Source of the DNA: Zygnema circumcarinatum SAG 698-1b
Lineage: Eukaryota; Plantae; Zygnematophyceae
Direction: 5' to 3'
NCBI GenBank assembly: GCA_037447605.1
Contig: CM074806.1
Span: forward strand, 3,534,001-3,598,000
DNA length: 64,000 bases
A program made the position numbers and the translations under genes. Below the pieces are notes generated by a model. That model was not told the origin of the DNA and searched no databases. It saw only the letters and a program-made list of their open reading frames with translations. The stretch's first letter is position 1; the number at the start of each line of letters is the position of its first letter. Shown in pieces: positions 61,840 through 64,000 of the stretch.

Positions 61840-62045
61840 GTAACCCGTAACAGCTAGTACAGCTAGTACGGCTAGTACGGTTAGTACGGTTAGTACGGGT
61901 TTTAGGATTTTAAGGGTTTTAGGGTACGGATAGTACGAATAGTACGGCTAACACGAGTTACTGTACAAAAAGGTGGTTTCGGCAAAATCGGTGCGAATTT
62001 ATTGGTGACGCACTGTTGAAGGTGGAAAATATGACGAGGACCCCC
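61840..62045. repeat. Short host repeat with AGTACGG subunits and a TTTTAGGG-like patch; partial copies at 57296-57387 (+), 60472-60513 (+) and 42583-42619 (-)
   Basis: Shared string AGTACGGCTAACAC(G/A)AGTTACTGTACAAAAA(G/A)GTGGTTTCGGCAAAAT. The ACGCACT..GAGGACCCCC tail matches the reverse complement of 42583-42619. Confidence 0.75.
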
Positions 62046-62552
62046 TGTAATTTCTCGTGTTTGTACCGTACGGCCTTCGCGACCTCCTCGAAAGCGACAA
62101 TAATAATGTGACGACTTGGTGCCCACAAAATGCCACGCTTCCTCGCTGGCCACGACCAATCGGCGTTTTTTTCTTCACTGCGGAGACCGTTTAAGCCAAT
62201 GAGCAATCGTCACGTGAAAATCCCTCGCACGCCATTGGCCTTGCCAGGTTTGACCGTTGACTCGTCGGCAGTCTCCCAGAAAGCGTCGGCGCGTGCACTG
62301 CACCGGGACACGTGTCCCGTCGGCCATGCTCGATATTTTCGGTACGAAACCGATACGGTGAATGTGGACAGTCGGGACCCGAGGGCGGTACGGCCGGCAG
62401 AATCCGAGACCGGACGGAAGGTGTACGGTCGGCCCTGGTAGTGGCTTCGGGGCGAGCAGAAGCAAGCTCTTGGAAGGAGGCGCAGGTCAAAGCAGGGCTG
62501 TCTGCTGCAAGGTGGGAGAGGGAGGTGCAGGGAGGGAGGGAGGGAGGGAGCC

Positions 62553-63264
62553 ATGGCGCTGCGGCTGGGAGACACCGTGCCGGACTTTGTGGCGGATTCC
62601 ACTCACGGAGAGATCAACTTTTACAAGTACATTGAGGGGTCGTGGGCGATCCTGGTACGTATGGTGGGGGATGTCTGCTCTGTGGCTTTTTTGGAAGATT
62701 CGGGGACTATTGGAGAAGTAGTTTTGTTCAGGTGTACGGAATGGTGAAGGAGGGTAGATTCTGGAAAGGGACGAGTGAGACTGGGAAGTTTTGCATCCCG
62801 GTCCTTTGTGGTTTGTGGCCGAGACAGAGATGAAAGGAACGAGTAAGGATGAGGGCGAAAGTGTGCAATTTTTTGGGGCTCCATATTGAAAACCTGATTG
62901 AAGCTGCATGGATGAACTTGGTTCTTTTTGGTGTCAGGGTTGGAGGAAGCTAAACCTGGTGTTTTAGTCATCAAGGCGGCCCGCATAGAATGTTTGTCTC
63001 TATTTATCGGATGTTTGAGCGGTTTTAATGCCTTCAGACAGCTTTGCTTCTAGGAAATGCCTGAGTTGAACAGGTTCTGCGCCAAGGCAGTCTTGTGTAC
63101 AGCACCTTCTTGGCGCACAAGTTTCTCCAGCTTGTTTAGTTCGTTAACCGCTTCTTATGTTTTTCGCAAATCTCAAGCACAGCGATTCACAGTCGGTCTG
63201 CCATCCGTTTGCCCATTTTTGCAGTTTTCTCATCCTGCCGACTTCACTCCAGTATGCACTACTG
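62553..63264 (+). CDS. PER1: 1-Cys peroxiredoxin (Prx6/PER1), first two exons; gene continues past the window
   Basis: Exon 62553-62654 MALRLGDTVPDFVADSTHGEINFYKYIEGSWAIL and exon 63225-63264 FSHPADFTPVCTT carry the 1-Cys Prx signature PVCTT. Confidence 0.95.
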
Positions 63265-64000
63265 GTAAGCAATGTCCGCTTTTGCCTGCTCGTTAGTGTT
63301 TTATTTGATGGTGACTAGAGCATTTTCCGACTTCTCAGGTTATTGTCTCCTATTTCATAAAAGTAAACATGCTCGAGGTACAAGAGATTGGGCGGTCCTT
63401 GGATGATGGGGAAAAAATTGGCGTGTTTTCTACTCGGTCTACTCGTCCTTTTTCATGGAAGGAAAAAAAAACTCAGTATAGAGAAGAAGAATAGCTTCTA
63501 GCGTCTGTGGGAAAATAATGGAGTAATGAAGAGTTGGAGGGGAAAGGGAGGCGCAGATTGGAAGAGAGGAAGGGATAGGCTATGAAGGGAACTGCGCACG
63601 TGAGGGAGGGGGTGATAAGAAGGCAGATGCACTGGTTAAGGATTTCATCTGCCTTGTTGGCATCTGCAAATTGGTTAATGTGTTCTTTTTCAGTTTGCTT
63701 ATATTTGTTTTTTTCTTGAACTTTGAGTCTAGCTTCTTCGGAGCTAGAGTCATATATGAAAGTTTGCCTTGTGAGGCACGTGCATCTTGTCAGGGTCGGG
63801 TGCATCTCCTCTTGTCTAGAGTCAAGGTGTGAGTCGTTCAGCATGCATTGACTTCGCAACCAGTCGCTGTTATCTGCAGACAGCTTAATTCCCGGCCTGC
63901 CAGACGTTTCTGCTAAGCCTACACATGTAAATGGCGCAGTCTGCGCTTGATCTACTTTAGAATAGGAGAATCCTGGCACCGAACACAGACAATAGCTACT

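Noticed and set aside
63473-63979. 168-aa minus-strand ORF
   Set aside because: Lies in the PER1 intron, starts at a non-ATG codon and has no recognisable motif.

Overview
Eukaryotic, intron-rich, plant-lineage nuclear DNA. A streptophyte alga is most likely; this is inferred from plant-type ARG1, CERK, PIFI and YqgF genes plus an unfamiliar membrane-protein family, and the species cannot be fixed from the sequence. Bases 1-42.4 kb are gene-rich: an ARG1-type DnaJ (-); a head-to-head pair of paralogous unknown single-pass membrane proteins, one duplicated across a 10-N gap; soluble pyrophosphatase (-); a YqgF/RuvX nuclease (-); a three-RRM protein whose first two RRMs look TDP-43-like (+); ceramide kinase (+); and PIFI (+). 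Bases 42.6-61.8 kb are a scrambled, indel-riddled nest of LTR retrotransposons (two Ty3/Gypsy copies of one family and one Ty1/Copia) with two further gaps. The window ends in the first two exons of a 1-Cys peroxiredoxin. Best leads: the TDP-43-like RRM protein, the unknown membrane-protein pair with conserved intron positions, a 197-bp near-perfect hairpin, GTAC clusters upstream of most genes, and a short host repeat split by Gypsy with a 4-bp target-site duplication whose halves are now inverted. No rRNA, tRNA or CRISPR array was seen. All alignments were made by eye; no database was searched.
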